A stretch of 60,341 nucleotides of DNA, the filler included, from Hausera hauseri (lineage: Eukaryota): NCBI GenBank assembly GCA_046269625.1. It is 10 parts of 10 records of this genome, joined end to end, with 100 filler letters (N's around TTAATTAATTAA, not from the genome) between each part and the next. Parts side by side here need not be neighbours in the genome. Positions count along the whole stretch, not along the records: positions 1 to 6,033 come from JBJURY010150089.1; positions 6,134 to 16,136 come from JBJURY010257734.1; 8 more parts are not named here. One strand, 5' to 3'. A model generated the notes under the pieces. The model made no database searches, was not told where the DNA came from, and was given only the letters and a program-made list of their open reading frames with translations. This document shows positions 1 through 12,975 of the stretch, piece by piece. Made by a program: the position numbers and the translations under genes. Within the stretch, counting starts at the first letter, position 1. The number at the start of each line of letters is the position of its first letter.

Positions 1-852
1 CAAACCGTATTTGACGTGTATTGTCATCCAACGTATAGTAATCCGCCAATTTCCGGTAAGTGCGAAAAATCTGGCCGAATATTGTGTCCATGTCACCAAC
101 AACCTGCTTCATATGTAGTAGATAAGGTTCCCGTAGTATTTCTTCGGGAAAACAGTATCGCGCATAATGTAAAGGTCGATCAAGATTGTAAAGGTGACTC
201 CGGAGACCGTCGAAGGAGTAATATAAACGAATGAGGTCTTATAAATGAGACATGTCGTAATGTCATGCCGTAACTAAGCACAAGTATTTATACTGAAATG
301 TAACAACAAGGACACACGAAATAAAATATGCTGATTCACGAAAACAAACATAGCAAAATATGTAAAAATGTGCGATTAAGTACGGTCAGTCAACATTTTT
401 ATTATAATACAAAGCGAATAAGAAAATACAAGTCCAATGAGGAAATTAATCCTCTGTTGTCGTTGTTGTCATTTTCGTCTCATGTCATCCTCTATACGTG
501 TTAGGAAGGGAGATCTGACTATCAATTCTATATATTCTCGCTTGCTCATTATCCTCGTTTCTGTGAGTTTACATGAAAACTGCACATCAAACATATGTCC
601 AGTCATTCTCTTACCTGTCAATTTCTGAATCTCACTTTCAGTGCATTGTTCCATTTGATTAGTAGTAGTAGTAGTAACAGTAGTAGAAGTATGGGGAACA
701 GACGTTTATAACAGAGTACGCAATTTCACAGACCATTAGGGTTATGTTTAATGTTTAATTTTAGGAGTTTATATATTTAATTTATCGTAATTATAATTTT
801 AATATGTTTTAAAGGTTAATTTGTTTAAATTTAGAAATATAAGCAATATTTC

Positions 853-3800
853 ATGTATTGCATCTCGCGCATATATTTGGAGGATCAGTGCCATCAACAG
901 ATGGCGAAATAATACAGCGTTGTAGGAAAGGACACATATGTGTGTCCAACGTGTGATGTTTCTTCCCAAGGCTCGTACGTCGACTTATATGAAGCGCACA
1001 AGTATCATCTCGGTTTCTTTACTCGGTCCAAGAAGACGATGTTTGAGCATTGCCCTATATACTCACGCTACTGCAATAATATAGTGCACTGCGTAAGTGG
1101 TTTTCAAAACGCTGCACAATAAACAGGTTTACGTTGTTGTTCAATAAGCCGGTTGTTCAATAGTTGCTGAAATCAGTTATGAACAATTTTATAATCTGCA
1201 CAAGGACAACTTAAACCAGTTTAAGCGGTCGAAAAACACTAGTTATGGACTCAACTAAAAGCAACAGCAACATCCCCTCAAGAACCAGTAAAAAGCGACA
1301 GGCCTCAACAAGTCTTGACGACTTAATCAGAAACAGTACCGAACAGCAGCAGCAAAAGGAACAGCAGGCACAGCATCAACAACAAGAACAGGAGCAACAG
1401 GAAGCCAATATTCCGAATATTACAGTCAAGTATGATATGAGCAAATCGTACGTGGATATAAAAGTGAACATGTCGGCGAAAACAACAACACAATTGAGAC
1501 ATGTTAAAGAAAATGTGCACAATCAGTTGGATTTAGAAGTGGAGAAATTCCAACATCATTGCAAAGTGCAACATTATGCCCTTGATGAATTCGAAAACGT
1601 ACAAAGTGACAGGAAACAATGGTACTTCTCACATCGAGCTGTACCATATGCCGAAGATTTTATTGTATTTGTAGGCGAAAAGCTCAAGGAGAAAATTGCC
1701 AACTACACGGATAGGGTAATGGATGGCGAATTATATAAATTGTCACCCTCTGCTTTATCATAACAAAGTCGAGTGACATAATATATTTGTCCGGGCGATC
1801 ATTCATACCGACACCTGAATATCTGAAGCAGTCTCTGGTGGTAGTGAATGTAAAAAGTACTAACGATGAATATTGTTTTTTTTACAGCATTCTGGCGGTA
1901 TTGAAGTATGACGAAGTGGACAGACATAGTGCATATAGTCAAAAACAGTATTAGAAATATGATTCCCAATTAAATTACGACGGATGCTGGATGTCGATAA
2001 AAATGAAATCCATTCCGGCATTTGAATGGCGTAATCCGACACTGGCCATCAACGTGTTCCGGTATAACACAATAATAGAAATACCGGCGGAGGAAGAAAT
2101 TTACAAAAATCCTCATGTAAATATAATATATCGTAGTCGGAACCCAAATGGCCGCCAAATAAATTTGTTGTTATTGGAGAAAAAGGAAAAATATCATTAC
2201 GTTGCAGTGACAAATCTGGACAGACTGCTGAACATGGAATATAACCACTTCTTCAAAAAACGGATACAGCGTAAATAGTGTCCTGTATGTCTGCATAGAT
2301 TCAGATCAGAAACAACATGGGAAAACAGGTGACTGGGTGCAGGCAAATTTTGTCAGAAACCACAATATATGTCATGAACGTCAAAAAGGATTTCAGATTC
2401 ACTGATTGGTCAAAAACAGACAGTCTGGCATGTGTAGTATATGCCAATATTGAAGCTTTCTTACCACGGCACAACATATATGACCAAAAAAATGTTCTAA
2501 TCGCCTTCGGTATGTTGGTTGTCCCAATAAAAGTTGCAGATCAATCGCAATATTATGTTTTACACGGATGGAATTGTGTACACGATTTCTTGGGGAAGTT
2601 AAAAACCATAGTGAAAACTGAAATCACACCGTGGTATTGCTATAATAGCATCAAACCTCTGATTTGGACAGATGAAGACAAACGCCTGACGTTTGCAGTC
2701 ACCGATGAATGTTACCTGTGTTACAAAATATTACCGCTTCATACAGAGGAAGGGCTAGTACCGGATCACGATCATTTTGCCGGTCGATATTTCGGAGCCG
2801 CATGTAATTCATGCAATTTGGCAAGGCGTGTGCGGCCATTCCTACCAGTGGTAATTCATAACTTCGGGGGTTATGATTGTCACTATATTTTGAAATGGCC
2901 AATAAACGGATTTCCGCACAGGAAACTATCCGTAATTCCGACTACGATGGAGAAATACCTGTCACTGTCTTCTCACGTAAACCGCTTCAAGGTACGATTC
3001 CTTGATTCATTGCAATTTCTCAATAAATCAATGGCAAAGCTGGTAAATGCTTTGCCAGACGTGCCGATAACATTGACTCAGTTCCCATTGTAGTACCCCT
3101 TGGAGTACATACTTTACTATCTGAAATTAAATGTGCACCCGTTAGCCGATGTGTTTCAGACATTTCAAGCTAAAGCGTTAACAGAAGATAGGCTGGAGCC
3201 ACTCAACTTTTACTTAATACCAAAAATGAGTTGGGAATCAGCTTTGATGTCACTGGATCGGGATATCAAGCTATTTCAAGACCCTGAAATGTACAGAATG
3301 TTTGACGTTGGTATTCGCGACGGCATGACATTTGTCAACAAATATCACGTAACCAATGATCATACCACATCACTGTTGTATACCGGCATTAATAATTTGT
3401 ACGGCTGGGTGCTTCCGCAACTCTTATCGCACGGTTCATTCGAATGGGTAGTTGACAAATATGACCTTGACACAATACTGCGAAATCTTACAAATGCAGA
3501 CACAACAGAAAACAGCTCAATCGGGTACCTGATGGAAGTCGATCTCGTAGTACCAGATGAGCTGCATGACTTTGTGGATAAACTGCCGGTCGCACCAATT
3601 AGCCAATGTCCGCCGGATTCAAAGGTGAAGAAACTGCTTATGACGCATGAACCTAAACAAAACTGCATAGTTCATTGGCGTTTGTTGCAATTTTACATGC
3701 AGTTGGGTGCACGCGTCACACAGCTGCATCGCGCAATCCGATTCTCACAGGCTGCGATATTCAAGCCGTACATTAGTCGCATGTCGGAAAAGCAAGCTGC

Positions 3801-4611
3801 AGCTTGTACGAAGTTTGAAAAAGACTACTACAAAATGAAAAATAATTTGCTCTACTGGAAAACAGTAGACAGTCTGAAAAAGCGGCTCAATGTTCGCCTG
3901 TGCAATAATAAAAAGGGGTTGGTCACGTACATCAGCATGCCGCTGTTCAGGCGATGATGCACATTGCCAATGGATGGGTTGCCGTGCTTTTAAACAGGGA
4001 AGAAGTCGTACTGGACCGACCAAGTTATGTAGGACAAGTGGTACTGGAGCTGAGCAAGTTGCGGATGTATTAGCTGAAGTATCACGATTTGGCAGGATAC
4101 CGGCGATTGTTTGGCGGCAGCGGCGGCGGATGCAGGATCAATATAATTGCCGGTGACACAAATTGATTTTTCGTGGAACTGGAAAACGTCAATCGCGCAC
4201 AAGTACTGCGGCAAATGATGGAAAACTGAATACTGGACACGTCCAATTACCCACAGAATCTTCCATTGAACAGAAATTCTGATTCAAGGATGAAAGTGAA
4301 GGTCGGCTTCAGTATCGGAAATGGGTATTTCTATGGCCAAAATGTTATAGCCTTTTAACTGACTGGGGACCGAAAATGTGCGCCAAAGGAGTTCAGTTGG
4401 TCCAGAGAGAAACAAACCACGGTGATTATCGCCGTATCTATGAAGAAAAAGGACAATCAAAGGCTGTTGTGTCACAAGCAATCATCCTACAATTGAGCAC
4501 CAGCTGTATACGGTGACCAATACAAAAGTCGCTTTATCATGCAATGATGATAAGCGTAAGTGGGTGAGGCGGAATAAGATTTGGACATACGGACATTGGC
4601 GTTTGGAATAA
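853..4611 (+). pseudogene. Protein-primed family B DNA polymerase (pPolB) of a Polinton/Maverick/adintovirus-like element, broken by stops and frameshifts
   Basis: Ordered motifs across ORFs 940-3957 and hand translation: VNVKSTNDEYCFFYSIL, HYVAVTNLDRLL, endonuclease-VII-like CYLC...DHDHFAGRYFGAACNSCNL, VVIHNFGGYDCHYI, FLDSLQF, INNLYGW (motif A), YYKMKNNLLYWKT (motif B), and C-terminal LSCNDDKR...TYGHWRLE* ending at 4611. Confidence 0.9.
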
Positions 4612-4964
4612 ACATGCACACTCACACGCATAAATTCGATGCTGATGATACAAACAGATCAAAGTGACCCATTTCCTGTGACAATTCATTGTGATCTGTG
4701 TGTGTTTTGCTTATTGTTCGTTGTTTTTGTTTATTGTTTTATTATCATTTAATTTAGCTATATATATTTATATATTTAACTTAATATAGTGAGAAACAAT
4801 ATGAATAAAAAAATAAATAAAGTTTATTAATTATAAGCTAAAATCAAAAACAAAGTAATTCAAATCAGCGTAAACTTTTCCAGCCTTCATATTTGAGATT
4901 TAACGCCGTGCAGATCCTTGTGTCCTTTCAACTTCAATGTTAGATGGCCTTTAGCTTCTTTTTG

Positions 4965-5312
4965 TCAAAACTTTTGCTGCTGTTTCTCCGCCATGTGTAC
5001 TGACAACATTTGCAATATTTCCGTTGAGAAAAATCGCAATGTATCTCGGATATCGTTACTCAACATCGAATCACTGCCAACTTTATTATTTGTTTCTTCC
5101 ATTCTATCTAAATCATCGTCGCTAATCCTTTTCAACAACAGACCATATTTCTCCCGTTTGATTTTGACCGTTTGCGTCAATGGCAATTGAATAGCGTTGC
5201 GCAGATAATGTAAGTTGTATCCATTATACAACCGAAAATTTCTGAACAAATATTCGCTGTACCTTGACTTTTTTGAGATAATGTCACCTGCTGAATTGTT
5301 TTCCAAAGACAT
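4965..5312 (-). CDS. Hypothetical protein between pPolB and dUTPase, possibly Polinton cargo
   Basis: 115-aa ATG-initiated ORF with no recognisable motif; only its position suggests it belongs to the element. Confidence 0.3.
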   Translation of the reverse strand: MSLENNSAGDIISKKSRYSEYLFRNFRLYNGYNLHYLRNAIQLPLTQTVKIKREKYGLLLKRISDDDLDRMEETNNKVGSDSMLSNDIRDTLRFFSTEILQMLSVHMAEKQQQKF

Positions 5313-5747
5313 TGTTTAAAGACAAACGTGAAATGAAATTGCATCCATATTATGATATCAAATTTGTTCATACCGGTTTGTTTTCATTGCAAACAATAGA
5401 TATTTAGTTTGTGAGTATTGTCTCATATTACAATGATACAAATTATCTCCACGTTATTTAAGTCATTCGTAATAAATGTGTACAATTTTTATTATAGCAC
5501 ATTTACATACTGGACATTGGTGGGTTACTTTGATGGGACACATTTGATAATCAACGAGATGACCGCGCATTAAGAATACCATATCCACTTTTTTTATTCA
5601 CATAGTACATACATAAACTGACAGCCTCGTACTTTGTCCATTATTTTCTCTTTCAAGTAATTTAATTTGCCGCGTACATTTTCAACAGTACAAACAAAAC
5701 AACTAATTATTATTATTATCACAATCATTAAACATAGGAGGTTTTGT

Positions 5748-6033
5748 CTATATCACCAAAGCCCAATTCTTTGCGTTCATTTCGTGTTTCTTTACTGACA
5801 CAAAACAACCCCATTTTTCCAGTAATATTACACTGAATTCCGCCTCTTCACATCGAAGAAAAACGATTTGTGCTATTGCATTGACGTTCGCAATATCATA
5901 CAATAGTCCGGATTGGTTCTCCAGTAACACCTTCATTTCACCACGAAAATCCGAATCAATGACACCACCAACAACCGTCAGTCCGAGCTTTGCCAGTCTG
6001 CTTTTCGACAAAAGTTGGCCGTAGTAACCGGGT
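5748..6033 (-). pseudogene. dut: Trimeric dUTPase, N-terminus cut off by the contig end and C-terminal motif degenerate
   Basis: PGYYGQLLSKSRLAKLGLTVVGGVIDSDFRGEMKVLLEN...IAQIVF matches dUTPase motifs II-IV. Confidence 0.88.
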
Positions 6034-6133
6034 NNNNNNNNNNNNNNNNNNNNNNNNNNNNNNNNNNNNNNNNNNNNTTAATTAATTAANNNNNNNNNNN
6101 NNNNNNNNNNNNNNNNNNNNNNNNNNNNNNNNN
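6034..6133. other. Artificial contig spacer, 44 N + TTAATTAATTAA + 44 N. The 12-mer starts at 6078, 16181, 21668, 29681, 34739, 39905, 46503, 50597 and 55145
   Basis: The same 100-bp construct occurs nine times; the 12-mer places stop codons in all six frames. Confidence 0.98.
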
Positions 6134-6244
6134 CACTTTTTGGATCGACAGTGCACAGTGTGCAATATCGATCGGCACATGTGCAAAATCGATTGGTCGA
6201 TTACACCCACCCGGGTGGGGCAGAACCGCCATTTTCCTCCTACT

Positions 6245-8237
6245 TAGGACCTGTGAATTTTATCCAAAACTAAGAAATATCCGACTAGAAGAAGTCCAGC
6301 ATTTGACAACTAAATTTATCGACGAAATCTCAATTCAAGATCAGGAAACTTTACATATATGTGAAGAACATAAAGCAGCCCTAGAAGAAGCAATGAGATT
6401 CATACGTAAACCACAAGAATATATGGCCGGAACAAATCAGAACTGCCATACTGAGTTGACAAAAATAAGGAATGACCAACATATTAGTTTTAAAGAATCT
6501 AAATTCAGTAAGAAATTGCTTGATGCGATAGATCCCGACTTCAAAATCATTAATGAGATGTATTAGTTAGCTTTTCTCTTGGTGGAAATGGCAGAAATTA
6601 ATGACTAGAAGATGAGACAATTTATACTCAAGTTGCGAAAAGTCGAAGAAACATGCATTAGAACCAAACAAAGAGCAACTAGGCTGGCCGAACTAATAAA
6701 ATAGCTGGAAATTTATCGGAACAAATATGCTTTTACCGAGTCAAAAATTAAAGATGAATGTGAATTTGTACAAAGATGGCAAAGAGATATAATTATCAAA
6801 CTAATTGATTATCACCAAAAGGGATTCATTCATTCTAATGAATTAGGCGAACTATTGAAAATGATTCAGTATGCATGTGGAAACAGAATAGGTTTCCAAA
6901 CTACGCAGATGAATGAAATGCAACGGAGATTAAAGGAAATTCGAAAAAACGTGAACAGAATGAATACAGCGTTGACAGACTACGGGCTTCCTGACGTTGG
7001 AAATGAACCGGAATGGATGCACTAACGGTCGAAAACCCTGGTACTGCTGTACAGCTAAATGAAGTAGAAATCTGTCCGCAAAATAGGCGATTCAATATGG
7101 AGATGCTCCTGGATTCAGCGCTAACTGAAAGGGATTTAATTGAACTAATTAATGTAAACATTACTGAAAATAAGCTAAGGCAACTTATTCCGACTTTAAC
7201 TAAATTATCTAGTGAGAAGATAATTTATAGCGTAATGCCAAAGCTTTTGATAAGGAAATACGCTAAAATTTTTAGGGCTAAACCCGAGGTAACGATAAAA
7301 GTAAGGATACCTTCCGAGTGGATGGACAAAAAAGAATGCGAGTTAATTACTTATTCCTATGTAATGGACGTAAGAAAATGGTTAATAAAAATGGTTGAAC
7401 AAGCGAGCTAAATTATAGATTCTATTTTAGAGGGAGAATATTAGACGAGTTAGAACAACTAATAGACGTCGGGATTATACCCCACGAAACAAAATGAATA
7501 GTAGTAGTAATAGCTGGTGAGCAGATTAAAGAAGAAGCGACATGTAAAGCTAAAATAGAACAATGCGTAGGACAAATCATGGGAGACCGAGACGCTACAA
7601 TGTACTTTGAGTACTTACAAACAGACGAAGATAGGGAACAATACGACAAGAATCTTGTGCCACTGAGTATAATGTCAACAACCGTTCGGAAACAGAGATG
7701 TCCAGTAGGTAGGCCTAGAAAAATTCAAGAAGACGTTGATTATAACGGAGAATTGATTAGAGAATTGAGACAGATATCAATCCCTACCTTCAGCACAAGC
7801 AATGAAGAACTGAGTGAATGAATGAAGAATTTAATACGAATCGTAAATTATTCTATCCTTCGGGGCGACACGTTAAACGATAACGAGAGAGCGATATTTA
7901 ATGCAGCCAGAATGATGAGAAGTTCCTGTTTAAAGTTATCAAAAAGTAACTAAATCGATGAAGCAGTAGCCGAGAAAATCATGGTGGAGAATACAATAGA
8001 AGAGCTAAGAAAAGTAATACTGTACTTAGCCGTCAAGACATATCCTAGTTGGGAACAAGAATTTAGTCGAGCTACAAGATTAGCACGAAGAGCGGCAAGG
8101 AAGCTACCTGGAAAAGTAAATTGGTCAAGATTATTCGATAAAGAAGAAGACAAAAGAACCGGTAATAGTAATAAACTCGAAGATATGTTGCGTAATTTGA
8201 TAACGACGGATGTGGTGGCCGGAAGAAGAAATCAAAT
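6245..8237 (+). pseudogene. C-terminal part of the unknown polyprotein region, including a ubiquitin-like domain (~7290-7512) and an AT-hook (RCPVGRPRK)
   Basis: ORFs 6303, 7013, 7579 and 7981 align with copy B (17500-19460) and copy C (29980-31915, minus); the lesions fall at different places in each copy. Confidence 0.8.
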
Positions 8238-10094
8238 TGGTTAATCAGCTTACTTACCTTCATGATGTTATTAAAACAAATAGGTGCTGTTACTGTCTAC
8301 AATTGCGACAGGTTCAAACTCGGACAGAAATACTCTTTAATGGACTTGGAGGTATGCGATGACGCCAGACCGCATAAACTAGAAACGAGAGAGAAAAGCT
8401 ACTTCCTATATCCACAGCAAGAATTAATATCGTTGGATGGAATGGAATGTATGTTGAGACTATCTCGTAGTATCTTTCACTGTAGACTAATGCACGGACA
8501 TTCTTCGATAATTAAACCAACAACTCCAATTCCAATGAATTTGGAATGCCAGCACTGCAAGCAAGCCAGGGAAACCGGAAGATTAAAATTGGATAATATG
8601 GAATTAGAGATGCAACCAGAGAAGATAATTAGAGCATATAAAGTACTGGTCGGAAGGCTAGATATGCATAACGTACATTGTAACGGAGCAGAGTATGACA
8701 CACGGAAAGGGGCTAGAATCGAATGTAATGGTCGTCGATTTTTATGAATCAGAGATGCGGGTACAGAAAGTAATGTTCCATAGCGTCACCAAGCTATATA
8801 CCGAGAATCAAAAATGTTATTTACAAGACGGAACCTGTGCCTTCCGAAGTTCTGTTATAATATGGGAATTTCCCTCTGGAAGAAACTGTATTTTTTTAAA
8901 TTAAGGAACTGAAATTTAACGAAATTACAGGGAAACGATATGTAAATAAACTGACACCAGCTCAACAACACGCGAGGACGTATCTCAACACCATACGCCT
9001 ACGATACTAATCTCCGACCAGCATTGACTAAAGTTTATTAAAAAAGAAATGATCTCTCTTTGTGAAGCATTCTTCGTCGCAGAAACGGAGATAAATGTAA
9101 AAACCTGTAAATTAGAAACACAGGACATTTGGTTTGAGGATAACCTGAAAAACCGAGACGACTATTTTTACTACAAAGGCCAAGTTGGGATAGACGAACT
9201 ATATCACAAAATGATAACGAATGATTGTAAGCTGGATATGGAAATCATGAGAACAAAACTAGCTCTTATCTTTGCTAACCCTGAATTAGCCTCGCCAATA
9301 ATTCCAATGGAAGAACGAATTTTCGGTCGAGTTACAGGTGAAGTTTTGTTGACTTATGAATGTGAAAAACGGGACGTACCAATCAATGTCGAAGAAAAAC
9401 GATGTATACAAGACCTCCGCGTTATTTGTCAGAACACTCCACGATTAGCCATGCCACTTACTGCAGTATTGTTAGATAATGCGACTCAACCAACGATCCT
9501 TAAAGATTATAAAGCAAGCTTAGAGAATCAATGTTTAGACATAGCGAAGCAAATTGGATTAGTTTGCCGAATGGAGGTATTACTGCCGCTCCAAATAAAC
9601 TAACAGGAACAAATCTGGCAAAAAGGATTACCGACGATAAGTTTCAAGATACCTCGTCAAAGGGCATATAAAGGCCTAAAGAGATCAAAGCCTTCAGATA
9701 ATTTCTCGCTTTACCGCGACAGCGGATACATTAATTAAATCGAGCCATGGCCTCAGTAGTAGATGATACTCATTATCAGGCTAAAGGGGGATCTCTGCTT
9801 GGTGTAAATATTTACCAGCGAGTAACCACAGAAATACTCTACAGAATTTGGGGAAGACTTTTGATTTTTGGACAAGCCGCCTCGGGATTCCTACCGATAT
9901 ATTTCCTGATACAAATGATTAAGGCAGTTATTCATGCAGTAATAAATGGTTATGAAATATTTACATTGACTGGATTTTCATGCAAGATACAGACTTCAAT
10001 TATAACGTATTTTGGAAAATGCTTGAAAGCGTACGAAGATAATAGATGGAAATCAGACGTAGAACGCCACGTCGGCTGCCACAATCGTAAATGA
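8238..10094 (+). pseudogene. env: Envelope glycoprotein of chuvirus/Jingchuvirales G type (class III fusion protein)
   Basis: Signal-like WLISLLTFMMLLKQIGA followed by VTVY(D/N)C..YSLMDLEVC, C..RSIFHC.LMHGHSSI, C..ARETG, HCNG, CYLQDGTC..IW, RVTGEVLLTYEC..RCIQDLRV, SKGIY, and the membrane-proximal/TM segment IWGRLLIFGQAASGFLPIYFLIQMIKAVIHAVINGYEIFTLTGFS. This Cys spacing and C-terminus match chuvirus G as I know it. Confidence 0.85.
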
Positions 10095-11012
10095 AAAGGA
10101 AGACTTATGTTCTTATACAAGCGGAAGATCACAAAACCTAACACGGGAAGAAATAACTCAGATGATGACAAGCCCAATGGAGGAAAAGTAATTCCCAGAA
10201 CAGACCGACACAAGACGTATTCCGTCATTAAAGCACCATTGCCTATGCTGCCCCCTACCTCTTCTGTCTATGAAAACTGCGATAAACGATCAATGAGCTC
10301 ATATAAGACGGAAATTTATAAAAGAACAATTAGTTTAGAAGACCCCTACAAGGGAACAAAACGTTATGGAGTTCAACAAAAAATGTGTTATCGACAGCCC
10401 ACAGATGATCACAGAATATTGTATTCCCCGAGAGAATCTCGGAATATAGAGACGAGATCACCTATCTGGGAAAATTCAAGGTTAAAAACCTTCCAAAATG
10501 TAGAATTACATACTAACAATCGAGAACAATTAATTAGTACTCATGAAATGGAAGAATTGAACATCAAAAATAATGAATTATATCCCAACCGAGAACTAAG
10601 ACAATTGACGGAGAACATAGTATCTTCCCTGGAAATCCGAATCAACGGACATAAAATGTCGAAGATTAAACGCCCAAAAGCTGCATTTAACTGTTTTGGA
10701 ACAGTAATAGAAGGAAGACCTTTTGCCAAAATTATTATTGAAGACTGGGAAGTTTATGCATTAATCGATACAGGTTCTGAGATGTCTTACATTAAAAATG
10801 ATTCAGTACCTCAAATGCTAAGAGGAAAATTATACCCACCATCTACAATGGATCCAGAAAGCACAGGAGCTTTCGGACAAATGTCGAAACCAATGTTTAA
10901 ATGGAATTCAGAAGTCCAAATAGTTGGAAGGTTTTTCCGTCACGAATTTTCAGTTATGGAACAATTGACTGACGATGTAGTTTTAGGATGCAACTTACTG
11001 AAAAGACTATAG
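10095..11012 (+). pseudogene. pol: Linker and retroviral-type aspartic protease
   Basis: RPFAKIII..ALIDTGSEMSYI ... DVVLGCNLL (DTG catalytic motif and the ILG-D-like motif). Confidence 0.9.
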
Positions 11013-11579
11013 CAATTGACTTACAAAGAGGAAAGTTAATAGAAATCAGACCAAATAAGGGCGTAAAAACGCCAAGGATAGAAAATTTGGAGAAGTATGG
11101 ATTCCACTGGATGAAAATATCCCACCGAGAAAAGAGATGATAGTCTACAAGCAGATTCAACAAGATGACGATCAACCAGTATAATTCGAACCAAAAGAGA
11201 CATTAAAACCGAATATAATACTCAGTAACATACTGACCAGAGTACGCTCCGGTAGTGTGCCGATCAGAATAGCAAATAATGTACCGACATCCGTCAAGCT
11301 TTATGCTTATACTACCTTGGGAAATACTTATAGAATGCAATCTATAACTATAAAAGAAAAGCCTTATAAGTATTGCCGAATTCCAACCTCATGTCGAAAC
11401 TAAGATTTCCCCCAATCTTACTGCCGATTTTACAACTTGTTGTGTCGCAACAAATTAATCACTGATAAAGATGACGAAGATATTGGTAGACAAAAGCATT
11501 AAAGTTGACTATTCCGCTTAAGAAGAAGCCCAGTTCAAATGAAGAGATAGATCATGAAGACCAAAAGATGCCGAAATGG

Positions 11580-12347
11580 TATCCCCCGCCACATTCACTA
11601 AGTCCCGAGATAACAAAAGAAGTTAAACGAATGTTTAAAGCTGATATAATTAGGCCTAGTTATAAATCTTAGTATTCGCCAATCCTCATGGTTAAAAAGG
11701 AAGGTACTACAAAATATAGATTCCGTATGGACTACAGAGCACTAAATAATCTTATGATGAAAGATTCCTTTCCGTTGCCGTCGGTAAAAGAAGCTTTGGA
11801 TAAACTTTCCGGAGCAAAATGGTTTACTACTCTGGATTTATAGTCCGGATACTGGCAAGTAGAAATCGAAGACGAAGATCGATATAAAACAGCGTTCAAA
11901 ACACATAATGGCGTCTATGAATTTAATGTCATGCCATTTGGTATTACTACCGGACAAGCCATTTTTACAAGAATGGTGAACAAAATGTTAATGGAACTAG
12001 ATCATGCTTTTGAATATTTAAATGATGTAATGATAGCGTCAAAGACAGAAAAAGAACATGTAAAGGATATTGAGCACACATTGATGAGACTAGAACAAGC
12101 AGGATTAAAATTGAACCCAAAGAAATGTAAGTGGGCTCAAAATGCAGTATCCTATCTTGGCCATATAGTTGGTGAAGGAGGATCAAAACCAGATAAATCA
12201 TTGTTGAACAAAATATCAGACTGCATGGAGCCACAAAATCATAGAGTTGAGACACTGGCTAGATTTATGTGGGTATTATGCCACTTATGTGCCGGAAAAA
12301 TCGAAAATAAACGCACCATTATATCGTTTACTCAAAAAGAAAATTAA
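11580..12347 (+). pseudogene. pol: Reverse transcriptase (Ty3/Gypsy type)
   Basis: SPILMVKK..RFRMDYRALN..DSFPLP..FTTLDL*SGYWQV..KTAF..YEFNVMPFG..YLND (decayed YLDD)..LKLNPKKC..YLGHIV. Confidence 0.95.
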
Positions 12348-12945
12348 ATGGAAATGGACAGACGTCGAACAAAAGGCTTTCGACGATATGAAAAAAATTT
12401 TAACAAGCGAACCAATTCTACGATATCCAGACTTCAATTTGTCATTCTTAATTAAGACAGACGCCAGTAAAGAAGGTATTGGATATGAATTAGGTCAGAA
12501 AAGAGAAGAAGAAGAATTGGAACACCCAGTCGCTTATGGAGGTTGTTCCTTAAAGAAGGCCCAGAAGAATTATTCCGTCAATGAGTTAGAAACCCTGGCC
12601 GTTAAAGAAGCGCTACGACGTTTTAACGTTTATGTGTACGGACAGAAAATTGTAATTGTCACTGATCACAAAGCCGTCACGACTTTAAAAGGTCGAGCAA
12701 ATAACCCGACATGCAGATTTAACAGACGGATCGGAGAAATCTCTAGGTACAATATAGAATTTCAGTATAAACGAGGAAATAAGCATGTAGATATCGACGT
12801 ACTGTCAAGATTAAAAACTAAGACGAGTGCAATTACTGTTATGAAGAAAACTCAACTTGAGGAAATAATAGACCGCCAACTTGCCCTAACATTGGATAAG
12901 GCGATTAAAATCTCAACCGAGCAAAGAAGAGATAAAGTTATTTAG
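12247..12945 (+). pseudogene. pol: RT connection and RNase H
   Basis: TDASKEGIG..LGQ, NYSVNELETLAV, VTDHKAV. Confidence 0.93.
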
Positions 12946-12975
12946 CAGATTATAGAATTTGTCTAAAGGGACATC

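Noticed and set aside
6078-6089. Recurring TTAATTAATTAA as a biological motif or piggyBac site
   Set aside because: Always centred in 44+44 N; it is an assembly linker.
5748-6300. dUTPase as part of the Gypsy element
   Set aside because: It is on a different contig and the opposite strand, separated by an artificial spacer.
8238-10094. Glycoprotein as a stand-alone endogenous chuvirus insertion
   Set aside because: It has the same position and in-frame junctions in three diverged copies, and no N or L gene is nearby.
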